Source of the DNA: Catajapyx aquilonaris
Lineage: Eukaryota
Direction of reading: 5' to 3'
Assembly (NCBI GenBank): GCA_000934665.2
Contig: KZ537982.1
Span: 124,001-188,000, forward strand
DNA length: 64,000 bases
The stretch's first letter is position 1. Each line of letters starts with the position of its first letter. Positions 20,544-33,500 of the stretch are shown piece by piece. The notes beneath the pieces were generated by a model. That model saw nothing but the letters and a program-made list of their open reading frames with translations, was not told the origin of the DNA and did no database searches. Position numbers and translations under genes: made by a program.

Positions 20544-21344
20544 CCAGTATTTGTTATTTGGCTGCAGTACAGCATCGCAGGAGTGGGTAAGAACGATGGA
20601 TGGTTTTCTACATATCTGTCAGCGTTTGCGTAATAATAATACACTAGACTCCATATGTAACAGACGTCAAGGAACCGCGGAACTCTGCTATAACCGAAGT
20701 TAGCTATAGACAAATATATGGGCCATATGTGGAAGTATGGCGGGATGAGCCTTCAAGTCTGTTATAACTGAGAATCTGTTACAGCCAAGAGTGCTATATC
20801 CGGAGTCAACTTAATAATAATAATATTAATATTATTATTAATAATAATCTGGCTCATTTCTGACACCCCATTCATAATGACATGGCATCATGTTGAAAGA
20901 GACTTGTGTAATATCTCTGGCACTAATAAGTCGACCTTTACTCATCACTATTCCAAAGCTTGAAATTTTACCATGAACCATCAGTGCAGAATTATTGCAA
21001 AACATATACTCTGCTGCCAAAACCCCTTTCCAGACCTTCCAGCAGGATGAGCCACCCAGTGTTCGGTGACCTCCCCCACATTCCAATAAGCTCATTACAA
21101 CCCAAGAGTTTTGGACATTACCCCAAGCATGATCCTCAAAAAAAGGCTTAAAAAATCCTTCGAGTGATCCCCCTTTGCAAATGAGCTTATCCTTGGTCAC
21201 CAAATCCGTGGCAGATGCTCCGCGGCGCCGTGCGGGAGACAATCGACCGTCTTCACCCGGCAATAATCCCTCATCATGGCTCATCCACCTTCAGGAATTC
21301 ATAATCCGCGGGATCCGGTTCATCCGTCCCATTAGCTAGGAGTG

Positions 21345-21354
21345 TGCGCATGCG
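21345..21354 (+). promoter_or_regulatory. NRF-1/Ewg-like motif upstream of the Na+/H+ exchanger
   Basis: TGCGCATGCG about 150 bp upstream of the first ATG in a CpG-rich segment, with a reverse CCAAT (ATTGG) about 25 bp downstream of it. Motif match only. Confidence 0.4.
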
Positions 21355-21502
21355 TCGGGATTCACGCTGGATTGTGATTGGTGCTGCTTGAGGGTGTAAA
21401 CCGAGCTGGAATTGTATAAATTGGGGTTGCGCAGTGTGGCCAGACGCAATCGGTGTCTGATCGGGTTGAGGTGCGGCTGGTGTTGTTTTTACTAGGGGGA
21501 AA

Positions 21503-24500
21503 ATGTCTGAATTGCGCGTAGCAAACATGGCTGCTGTTTGGCTCCTGGTGGCCGCCGCCTGCCTGGGACCAGGACATGCGACCCAGCAGCAGCAGCAGGA
21601 GGGGTCCAACCCGGACATACAGCTGGACGCGAAGGCGAAGAACACGCATCGGATAGACAGCCTCAACATTCTTCTGTACACGTTCCTTCTCATCCTGACC
21701 GTCGTCACCATCTGGATGTTCAAGCACAGGAGGCTCAGGTTCTTGCACGAAACTGGCCTGGCCGTCATCTACGGTCAGTGACACATTTTTTTAGACATTA
21801 AAAAAAAAAAATTTTGGGGAATGTGCGCGGGATACTGGGGAGGGTCCGATCGATGCGTCGTCACGAGGACGCTAATGACTTTGCCTTTTTTTGGGGGAGG
21901 TTTCAGACAATTTGTCAGGTAACATGTTCTATGGGTGCAAAGTACAAGATAAGGTGATAAGGTGCACTAGTAGGTTATACGCTGGCATGTTATTTGAACA
22001 CAGCTGTGTAAAGATGCGGCAAGTGTGTAACCGAGTAGACCGAGTTTGTACGAGCATCGATGGAACACCAAGTCTGAAACTATTTGCATGGGGCTTGTAT
22101 TTTCAGTGTTGGATGATTATTAAAGGTGGTAGTCTGCAACTCGCTTGATGATAGTGCAGGGAGCTGTGCAGTGTTAATTATTAATAGTGCCACCTGTCCT
22201 TTCACAATCAGCCAACAGGTTGCAGGATGTGTTCCATTTGTTGTGTGTGCAGGTGTTAGGCGTAAACAAATAGGCATTGACCTTGAGAGTATGTGGCAGG
22301 TCATGATATTCCACTGTCATTGGCAAGTAAAATGCCAAGGTATACCTCTGTGGCTTTATTTCAGGATGGGAAATATGCCAGCATATTTTGACTTGAGGGT
22401 CGCCTTTGTCGTGGTGCAGTTTTATGCATTTAACCCTGCGAAACTGATTCAGGTGGTGCAGACAGGTTGCATTTCATGATTACAGCAAGGGTATGGTGCA
22501 GTGTCTTTAACCTTTACACTGGAAAGTTGGTGTAATAAAATTTTAATTAGGCTAATGTTGGGCGTGCTATGTACAAGCGATGTGATTGCGTTGTAGAAAT
22601 TGTATCCTTCACATTACAAAATTAATGATATTACTCCATGATGATGATTCTGTGGCCTTTTAATGTGTTAGTATCAGCATGATGCTTAGCTAATTAAATC
22701 AGGCTTTGTGAATAATTACTCATGCTACTGCCTCCGGCACACTGATGAGTTATTGCTTCACCTCATGTGTAGCAGCAATTTAATGGAACAAATCTGTAAC
22801 TATTCACTGGTTCAGTCTGGACTATCAGCTGCACCATTCTTGATCCTTTAAAGAGACTAAAGATGCGCCTAGAAGCGGCTTGCGTTCTGGGCATCAGGCT
22901 AATACCGATCACCAAGTGTAGATCTCTGGCGGGGCGTGATAAAGGCAAGGGGATTACACAGATGGGATTTTCCTGCCTACTGATGGTTTGCGATATGCAG
23001 TCCTGCACTCCTGCCACCATCATTGTTAATCCTCACCAGCCCCGGCTTGCAAACTGCTTCAGGTTGCGACTCAAGGGAAAGCCTTCATCGTGTCCCCTAA
23101 CATTCAATCAGAACCTCATCAACCCAGTTCCCTTGATTTGGAATTTCGATGAAATTGCTTAGTCCTAATCAGCGAGACAGGGTTAGCATGAAGATTAAGG
23201 TCTGGCTCTGGGTCAAAATTATCACCTTTGCTGCGTAGCCCCAATTTGATGGCATAATTAAGTAGCTACGACTCCTGGTAATTAATACGAGTGCGCTATA
23301 AGAAGGAAATCCTATTAGTTCTATCATAATCATGAAAGGTCGGATGACCTGACTAAATAAAACCACCCTTATTATTACCAGTGGCTATAAATAAAGTGCA
23401 AATTATCAGATGATGGCAATGCCCTTGCAAGAGCAGTTATCTCACTAATCACTAACCTACCATATACTAATAAGCAAGAAAATAGGCGGTTGCTCCCAAA
23501 AGGTCATGTCAGAGCCCTGGGCGTTTTATCACTGCATAACAAGTACAGCCCATCCAAAACACTGTCAACAAGATTTTGGGTGCCTATAGCAACAACAACA
23601 ACAACAACAACATCACGACATTTCCCTATGAGGGGTAGTCAGCGATGAAGGGAGATGCAAGCTAACCCAACATATGAACTAATAAANATCATTACTTGAT
23701 ACAACCTCCCCAATTAAGCTAACAGATACATCTACACTGGCCTTATCACTTGCTGACAGCAAGTCCTTAAAATACTCTCCCCATCTGAGAAGGTGAGAAG
23801 GGTGCCTATAGCAGTTATTTTAATTGAAACTGACTCAATGTGTGTGTAGCTGTATATATAATATATAACTTAATATAACTGCCAATGTCATGTTGCAAAA
23901 ATGCAGTATGATTCATGAACAAATGTGGAATGCAATATACTTGTGCTCACTTGCATTACTTCATGAAGGATCAGGTGCATGTAAAACCTTTACTGCTAGT
24001 GCACTAATGAGTAGGAATTTTTAGTATCCTTGCTCACTTGTAAAGGTTTTTGACATATTGCGCGAAAAATTTCATTCCACCTCACTGTGCGAATCAAAGT
24101 CGCATTTTTTAAATACAAAAAAAAAGAGCGGGGGGGGGGGGGNGGGGTGCGCTTTTATGCTTGCCGCACATTCATGCGGGCGACTTTCCAAGGCTGGTCG
24201 GACCCAGCGTGAATATTAATGGCCATCTCTGAGCCGGTTATTGACTCTGACGTGCTCTACGGGGATTTTGAACGTGGAGTTGAATCCCAGATATATACCT
24301 GCTGCAACTGGACCAAAGAGTGGTCGATGCACACTTGGGTCCAGTGTGTGTAGTACCGCCGGGTATGGCCTCGAGGCATGGAGTAATTTAAGGGAGGGGA
24401 GCTCTTGAGCAGAATTCATTCCTGGTGATTGCCCGAATTAATTACAGGGCCTTACTGGACCACTATGGGGAGGATTTTGTTTGCGGGGACCCAGTCAGAA

Positions 24501-27500
24501 GGGTTAATGAGTCTTGAGGTTACCAGCCAATTAGGCCCGAATTTTTTTTATGGGTTCAATGCGACCAATTTGTACTCAATTTCTATTGGCACCTTGATTT
24601 CAATATATCAGCTTGAGCTATTCTTCAACATTGAGCAGGACGTGTGAGCATAATTTCAGGTAATTTATGTGCAAAATGGCGTTACGCATGCTGTGAGTTG
24701 ATTCGGTTGCCCTTGAAGTAATTGGCAAGTAACACTTTGCCCAATTGATATTGGCCTTCTTGGCCCTTGCCGAGTGTAAGTCAGCCATATAAATCATGGA
24801 TGGGTTACTCCATATGTTGCAAAAAGTAGTAACTAAATGTCTGAATCGGCCTGAATCTAACTGCCTACTACAAATGAAGAATTCAGCGCAATATTCTGAA
24901 ACCTTTGTTATTACCGCGATAAAACGTACACTTTATATGGCCCGTCACTTAAAAAATACGCACACTTTACATCCCCCGAATAATTGCACTTGTGTCGCTT
25001 TCGGCCATTCGGAATCTGGGAGGAAAGTCTGGCTTTTGAGTTTTTGATATGCATGTACTGGTTATTTGCAGCGGAGAAGATAAGAGTGATAACCCTTATA
25101 ACTATGAGCAGAGGAGCGGGTGTAATCAGTACCCGGCACTTGAGTTTGATGCCGGCAAGGGCGTAATCTCGGGGAACGACCTTTCGTAATGGGCGTGAAT
25201 CAACCGTGTGCTCAAGTTCACATGACTTGGGATGAATGGGGGATGGTCATGTGCCTGGGAGGTCAGCCAGATTTGGGAGGGAAAATGTAGGAAAATTGAC
25301 TAAATTGTATGTCGATTGGGGCGACTGTCATTAAACGAGTTATTTTTAGGTTTATCTAAGGTATATTCGTGTTCGATGTAATTGTACTGCACGGAGACGC
25401 ATGTCTGTATACAGTATATTGCTTTCCAGAATTTTCCTGGGTATTGAGACACTTTCCTGCGCATAGGTGTATTGCTACATGTTGTGATTCACAGTGCTAA
25501 TACAGGGAAGTATAGGCAGAGTGACTTGCTTTCAGGTTATACAGTGCAAAGTAGTTTTGTAGTCCAAGGCTGAATCAGAAAATACATCGGATATTGTAGG
25601 GTACCTTTGAGGCTTGATAATGGCTGTAGAGTTCCGTCCATTGATTGATTTCCAATTGTGAACAGGAATCAGTTGGGAAAAATATGGTTGAATTCATGCG
25701 ACAGTATCATTTGAAGTTTTGTTGCGAAAATGTAATTGAGTAATGTGCAGGACGTTGCTGAACAGCCTATTTTTTGTTGTACAGTACAGTACAGAAAAAG
25801 TGTCGAGTAAATTATCTGACTGGATTGCATGTAGAGCTTATGTCAGTAGCTGCGGTATGCAGTGCGGCAATTTACAGTGATGCTGTTACTTGTCTATGTG
25901 GCATTTTGAGTGCCTATTATATTACGAGGCGGTATATTGATAACGTCTTGCATGAGTATTGATCATATAGTGACATACGAGGATGTAGGGTGCTGCGACT
26001 GCTGCCTGTGGAATATTCACGTACAGTTGGCTATTTTTAACAATCTGTCGTGAGACACTTGATATATTATGGACGTCATATTGTCAAGTTAGCCCACACA
26101 TTGCGTGGTGTATTATAGCACGCAATATGTGTCATTTTCTATTTCGAAGTATTCGTAGTATGGCCTGTACGTTTGTAGGGTAGTATAGATTTGGAAAGGC
26201 ATGCAAATGACTTTTTCTGAATATTGGCATTTTTTTTTTTTCATTCCCATGCTAGTTGTATAGTACTGCAGCCTTATACAAAAAATGGCTTCGGAAAGTA
26301 TTAAATTTCATATTTTATATCTCGCTCCTTAGCTCACGCGCTTTTTCAAATCTCCCAGACCCAAGTTATTTTTGCGAGCGGAATTGCTTGTTCGCACTTG
26401 TTGAAGCCCGCGTTTTTAAATATTTGAAGAGCCCAGCAGAGCAGTGTGGCATGTAAGGGCGATGACTTTTGCACGGTTCCCATCCGGTGCTTACTCTAAT
26501 GTTGTTTTTTTTTAAACCTCTTGTGTTCCGCTCGACTGTCGCCATTATGCCGCTCTTATAATCGCCTTTATCTGCATATAGTACTATACTATATATAAAA
26601 ATGGAAGAACTGAGACCATAAAGCACACCTTTTTTTTCTGCGGTGCAAAGGTGCGGGTATATAAATTTATATTCAGGATCAAAGTCCAGCCATAACCCCG
26701 GCGCAGTGCCAGGGGTGTAGTGTGTATAATACATGGACCCTAGACGTCCACATGAATCCAGAGGATGCCTTTTTTTTCCACCAACCAGAATATACTGCTT
26801 CAAATTTATTTTTTTGCTTTTCTCGCTCTTTCTCCTCTCGTTCCTTCCACCATGCAAGTGAATGTGCATGCATTATGGAGAATCGTATCGATTTGGCTTC
26901 CTGAGAGTGTGCATGCTACCTTTTTCGTTTTTTTCGAGTGGCCTTGAGGGCGATAGTGCTATAGTCAGGGATGGGTCCGGAAATGTCGTTAGGGATTGCA
27001 TTTAGGGAGCTTGTCATGTGGGTTTGGGGGGAGGTAATGCTATTTTCTTGGAGGGTTGACATATGCACGTGGAGCCTTTCTCATTTTATTGTCCAATATG
27101 TCAGTACTGGACCGGCAATGCTAGACGAATTTAATAATAATAAATTTATTAATATTAAATTATTTTGTTTTTTTTTTAAATGTGGCGTGTCACTTTTGTC
27201 ACATGCCTCCTTATGATATAATGCATCAAATTGTAGTGTAGGTGTGGGTTAATCCGAGGCCATGGTCTCGATGGGGGTAAAGATCGCTAGTTGGCTCGTA
27301 TCCACAGACAACGTGTCATTTTGAATGGAAGTCGATTCTGAGTACATCGATAGGAGGCACCTTGTAGGTTTCCACCTCCTTAAAATACAAGGTCGATTGC
27401 AAGGACGCGTGTCTCACCAGTCGAGGAGGGCACGTGTCCCTACGGATCACCTTTGGCGGGGGGGCAGGGGTCACTGAGGGATTAGGAGCGACATGTGGTC

Positions 27501-30500
27501 ACATGTGGACCTGTCACATGTGCAGGAGCACATGGCTGGATGCACATGAGCGAGGGATTATCCCTTTTTCGACACGTGCGACTTATCTTTTTTATACTGT
27601 CTGAGTAAGCTGATAATGCGGCATATGCACTTATAGTGTCTATAGGGCATTCCATGGCGAGCAAGAAACTTTTTAGATGTTTTATTTATGTAAGGAAATG
27701 CACTGCCCCAGTCCACTGTCCAACAGATGAGACGAGGACATTATATGCTCCAACAGCCAGTTTCGAAAAAAGTTCACGAGTTACATACCTTTCAACTGTT
27801 TGCATGATGGGTAAATCGGCAGTAACTTTTTACTGTAGCATTTCATGACATGGCATGAAGGTACAGTACGTTGAAAAAAAATGACGAATTGTACTGTTAT
27901 ATTCGGTGTCCCTGAGGTGACGTATATAGTTACAACCGCACGCTATTGAGTTTTTCTTAGGGAGACAGTTACGTAAATGTTTTCCATCATTTGTTACAAT
28001 GACATCAAGGAAATGTAGGCAGCCCTCTTGGCGACGGTGAGCAGGACAACAGACAAGTTTTTAAAAATATTGTTAATATTTATAGTTCCATGGCCACGCC
28101 ATAAACCTGTGCAATTGATCAGTGATGTTTTTATTCCTCATGCGAGATGTCCAGGAAAACTGCGATTGTGGCTTGTGATAACACTGCGACATTAGTGCGT
28201 TGTTGTTTTTTTCAGACCGATGCTTGATATTTTTGAAATTAAAAACTACTAATTGCCCATTGAGCATGTAATAGTCTCCGTGCATGCAAGTGCAAAGTAC
28301 ACACAGTGTGCATAATGGAGAATTCATGCAACTCGTGGGTCCATGCGGCTGACCGCGACTCGTAACGAACTCTAACAAACTACTTTTGTAATTAGCCCGA
28401 CCTATATACGCACCGTTTGTTAAACGGAGCCTGCTGCTGCTGGCTGCGTGCACCTTGTAATGTATGGCATCGATTTCCTATCAAAGTAAAGCTCGGCGTG
28501 GCCCTCCCCAACAATTAATTTGAAGGGAACGTGTGTCATGAGAACTGTGCATGGCCTTCGAGAGCATCGCAGGATATGATCCTGGTAATTATGCCCGATG
28601 CGAAGGCCTATGAAGCATCACGAGGTGCCAGAGGTTTTTTTTTCGCGTGTCACATGAGACTTCGTTACGTGGTTGTTTTGGCAAGTCGGACATGCATCTG
28701 CCACTTTTAGGATTTGCTGTTGCTCCACTTTTTAGCCGGCCATAAGTTGTGGGTGTATAATTAATCAATAAGAAATGTGGTGGATAATATTCAGATTAAT
28801 AAGTAAACACGTGATGTAGGTTAAGGAGCTTTGTAAGGGTTATGTCGACAGAAGGTGGGGAGTATATCCAATCTATGAGGATCTGAGTTCGATTCCCGGG
28901 TTTTTTTTTTCTGGAAATGGGTTATGAGGAAAGGCGCTGGGAACGTGACTGGGAACTTGCTTATTTTTCATCCCCATATTAGTTTTTTTTAAAGCGTAAT
29001 ATTGCGGATATTGATTCGATTTTTTTTTTTGCGTTGTGTGCTAATGTTAGGCAATTTTGGAGGGCGGCCGTAATATTGACATCAGATGGCCTCATTCCTG
29101 CAAAATAATAGAATCTGTTCCTAATGGAGCCTTGACAACACGGTGGAAACGAAGACAAAGAATCCTGGGGTAGGCTGTGACAGGGCCATGCCACCCAAAT
29201 TGGATGCGGGTGGGGATAAATCTACACGCATTAATCTAGGGTAGTAATCCAGAAGTGACAGCCACCAAAAAGTATATAGGAGCCTGCAATATTGGATCTA
29301 GTCTGAGATAGAGTTGAGTAATGGATTTTTACGAGCTATAGTTTGATCAGGTGCGATTTTGACAAATTGGGGGGATCAAGATTGGTCGCATGTGGATGCC
29401 TTGTGTGTGGGCGGGTTATTATATGCAAATGTATTGATTTGAAATGAAACGCCAGGAGGACTGTTCGGAGTGTGGTTTAAACGAATTACCATTTGCGGAA
29501 ATGACGTTAATTTTTTTCCCCTCCGGATAGAAGACAATAGAGTTAATTCGGATTTCATCGGACGTATGATAAATAATTTATAGGGGTGTGTGTGGGTTGA
29601 AAATTCATATCAGGTGTGTGGTTTGGCACGGCCCACTTTTTAGGGGCGTGTACGTCGAAATTGCGATTTTTTTTTTTTTTTTTTGGTAGAGGACTGTGGT
29701 GGCCCTTAAGGCGACAGTACTCCTGAGTGACATAGGATGCTGGGCAGAAGTGTTTTTCCAGACTTGGCCTCAAGTGGCGTCGGAGAAACTGATCTTTGCC
29801 GAATTAAGGGCCGTAAGGGATCGATCCGATGGGTGACTAGGGACACAGGATAAATTGAAACAGTCGTCGACCTCTCACCTTCTGTACCTGCCTTATACAA
29901 CACCACGCAGATTCTTTTTCTACCGAGGTGCAGTGGATGCGCAGTGGAAACGCCCATGTTATTGCATTCAGAAAACAGTGAACTCTGGCACGATTCCAGG
30001 GGATCATTACTCAATTTTCGCCTGTATGTAAATGACGCAATTATTCAGTAATTTCGGGGTTATTCATGAGCTTATCTGGAGTGTTATCGCCATCACTTGA
30101 TATCTGCATGTTGCTCAATATTAGACAGGCGGACTTGTTCACTGAAAACAAAATGTGCAATTTTCTTACATTTCTGGGACTGACTGATCCTTTCAGAATT
30201 GGAAGGGAGCGCAGCTTCGTTTTCTTTTTGGGAAATTACCTGCATTTGTTACTTAGAGTTGATGGGAAAAGGGGGACGTAGAAATATTGGGGAGTGTAAC
30301 CATCTTGTAACAAAAGAGTCGGCACACATTTGTGGGAATGGAAAAAGCTCATTTCGAAAAGAGCTGCAGTTTCTTTGCCAATATATATTTTTTCTTACCA
30401 ACCTCCCCTTCAGGCTGTATCTGAAGCTCTTTGTACATTTTTTTCGTCTTTTAGTCAGGGTTGTGTTTCAATAATCGTGGATTGCTTATATATAAAAAAA

Positions 30501-33500
30501 AGTTACAAAAAAGGCGTGAGGGAAAAGGGTCTATAACCTCTGATATAATTTTCGCAGTTTCTGGTTTAGGAAACATCGATTTTCGCTTCGGGCTTAACTC
30601 TTACCTGCACTTTAGCCAGGGAGTTAATATCCTGGCGTCAAAATGTGGTCTTTCCAAGTTGATGGTCAGTTAACTTAATCCGTGGGGTTGGGCTGGGTCC
30701 TGACCAGCAGGCTGGAAAAGGGGCAGATGGGATGCGAGCTAGTTAGGGTAGTGGCTTTTTTGGGGGGATAGGACCAGGGGGAGGCTGGATGGGAATTTTT
30801 CATCGATCAAGGAGATCGGATGGCTGGCTCCTCCAAACACCCACACTGATCCAGTTACCAGGAGCATCAGGATAGAGATGGTTCTGATGCACCGGCTGGA
30901 CCGGACTTGTATCCAGAACAGAACTGAATAAGCGTAATGTGCAAAAGGAACTTAACGACATATGATATTGTTATATGTTATTCAAGTGTAGGTTGCGATA
31001 GGTTGGCTGGTTTTAAAAGAAGAGTAGAGTACCATGTTCAAAGGGTGCAAATGAAGCAGGGAGGAGTTGCATTGCTTGGGAATATTTTTGGGGGAAATGT
31101 GCCTTTCAGGCAGTTTCGGTCTGAAATGCTGACTTGATTAAGTTTAATTGCCTTCAGCAACAGTTTGCGTCTTAGTTCCTGGCCAATTTTCCTTGAGAGC
31201 CTCCGAACTGCTTATTGATGTTTGCTCCTTTCCTGCTCCCAGAGTCTAATATCCTGGGCCTACAAATGGGTGGCTATAACTCACAATGCAAATGAGGGGT
31301 TTCTGGGGTGACATTTCTAACTCTTGATACCACCCTTCCATATTGACAGACATAACAGACCTTGGAGGGAGAATTTATGGCCATGTTATGAACAGGCTTA
31401 ATGCTCCTTAAAGTTGCTTCCAAGTGTTAGGATGATAGTGAACTGGATATTGAAGGATACACTCTCGTTCTAGGTTTATTTGTGGGTGCCATCATCCGGT
31501 ACACCGTGACAGAAGAGCACATCACCATCATGCAAGTGGCACCACTGGGAGGACCAAGGATCAATCTGACCGTGCCACCTGACAGGCTTTGGATAAGCAT
31601 GAGCAGAAAGGACGTGAAGGATACAGCGTTCACCAACAAAACTTACCAGTACAACTTTAGAGGTGAAGTTACCTCGGGAGATAGCAACAATGAAATTGAG
31701 CAAAAGGTGAGGAAATATCAGTTGCATTCTTCATTGTCAGTGAGAATTTTGTGTCATGTCTGTAAAAAGTTCAAAATTGACAATTAATGCCGATTGAGTT
31801 TGCATTGTCAGCATTGCACTTTCAGTTACACTGTTACAGTGACATAATTTTCACATGAAGAAGCATCATTTTTCAAGATTGAGAGTGCAGTTTACACAAC
31901 CACGTTTTCTTTTGCAGGCAACATTTGATGCAGAGATTTTCTTTAATATACTCCTACCACCGATTATATTCAATGCAGGATATAGTTTAAAAAGAGTGAG
32001 TTTTCACAAGCTTTACCCTTTGGTACTTTGCTGGTGGGAAGTTTTCAAGTGTAATGAACTAAGTTTTTGTATTTTGTTACAGAAATACTTTTTTCGAAAC
32101 ATGGGATCAATTATGACATTAGCATTTGTAGGAACCACTATATCTTGCTTTGTGATAGGGTAAGAAACCAGTTTATCAATGCATTTTAAGAGCAAGTGTG
32201 CTGAACTTGATGCATTTTGTTTCCTTTTCAGAGGGATTCTACATCTCTTCACGAAATTAGTACCTTACCTTTCGCATACGTTCACGTTCTTGGACACCCT
32301 TTACTTTGGTGCACTAATCTCTGCTACTGATCCAGTCACAATTCTAGCTATTTTCAATGATCTTCATGTGGATGTAAATCTCTATGCGATGGTGTTTGGA
32401 GAAAGCGTGTTGAATGATGCTGTTGCTATGGTGCTCAGCGGGTGGGTACAACTTGATTTTGCATAATTCTACCACACAGCTTGTGTTTCTTGAAACCGTT
32501 TAACAATTGGATGTTTGCAGGTCTATTCAGAACTACGGGGAGAAGTACCAGCTGGACAAGAGCGGTGGTTTTGAAACCGTCGCATTTTTCAAGGCCATGG
32601 GTGAATTTGTGTTTATCTTTGGCCTCTCCCTGCTGATTGGTGCTGGAATGGGAAGTTTCACCGCTCTGATATCCTTTTATGCTTGAAACACACCAGGCTT
32701 TTCTGTGTCAATACGAGAGCTTTTTCCTTAATTGACTTTCTCACCTGACTAAATTTACCAGAGTTCGAGACTTTCCCCTCTTGGAAGCAGCCCTCTTTGT
32801 TCTCATGTCATACAGCACGTTCCTGATAGCAGAAGTAGCAGACTTGACTGGTAAGAGTTTTATAAATCATTTGGAGAGAGCAGAAATCTATTCTCAATTT
32901 TCTTCAGGAATTGTGGCTGTTCTCTTCTGTGGCATATGCCAGGCACACTACACTTACAACAACCTCTCGAGCGACTCAAGAACACGGACCAAGCAGCTTT
33001 TTGAGCTGCTCAACTTCCTGGCTGAAAATTTCATCTTCTCATACATTGGGGTGTCTATGTTTACCTTCCCTAAGCACCGGTTCGACGGTGGGTTCATCTG
33101 TGCTGCTTTTCTTGCTATTGCCATTGGCCGGGCAGCCAACATATACCCACTGATAGCGCTGCTCAACTTGGGCCGCAAGCACAAGATCCCATTCAACTTC
33201 CAGCACATGCTGTTCTTCTCAGGTATCTACCGAGACTCGGTTTTAATGACTTTGCATTATTGTTGCTTTAAAAAATACAGTACAGTACAATACAGTAGTC
33301 CCCAGTCTACGAACGGGGTTACTTTCGACCGTAAGCCAGATTTATACATAACTCTGATCCCTGAGGAACAGCACATATATGCAGCATAAAGATACTGCTC
33401 CCATGAACTGCTTTCGTAACGTGTGTTTGTTTACGTGTGTGAAAGAACATAGTTTCCCATTATTTACGAATGATGCAATATCATGTCGAACTTGGTGTCA

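Noticed and set aside
20838..21784. Antisense ORFs of 140-164 aa around the exchanger start
   Set aside because: Shadows of GC-rich exon 1 and promoter; no homology recognised.
28850..28910. B-box-like GAGTTCGATTCCC followed by a T run, a possible tRNA
   Set aside because: No cloverleaf or acceptor stem; at most a decayed SINE head.
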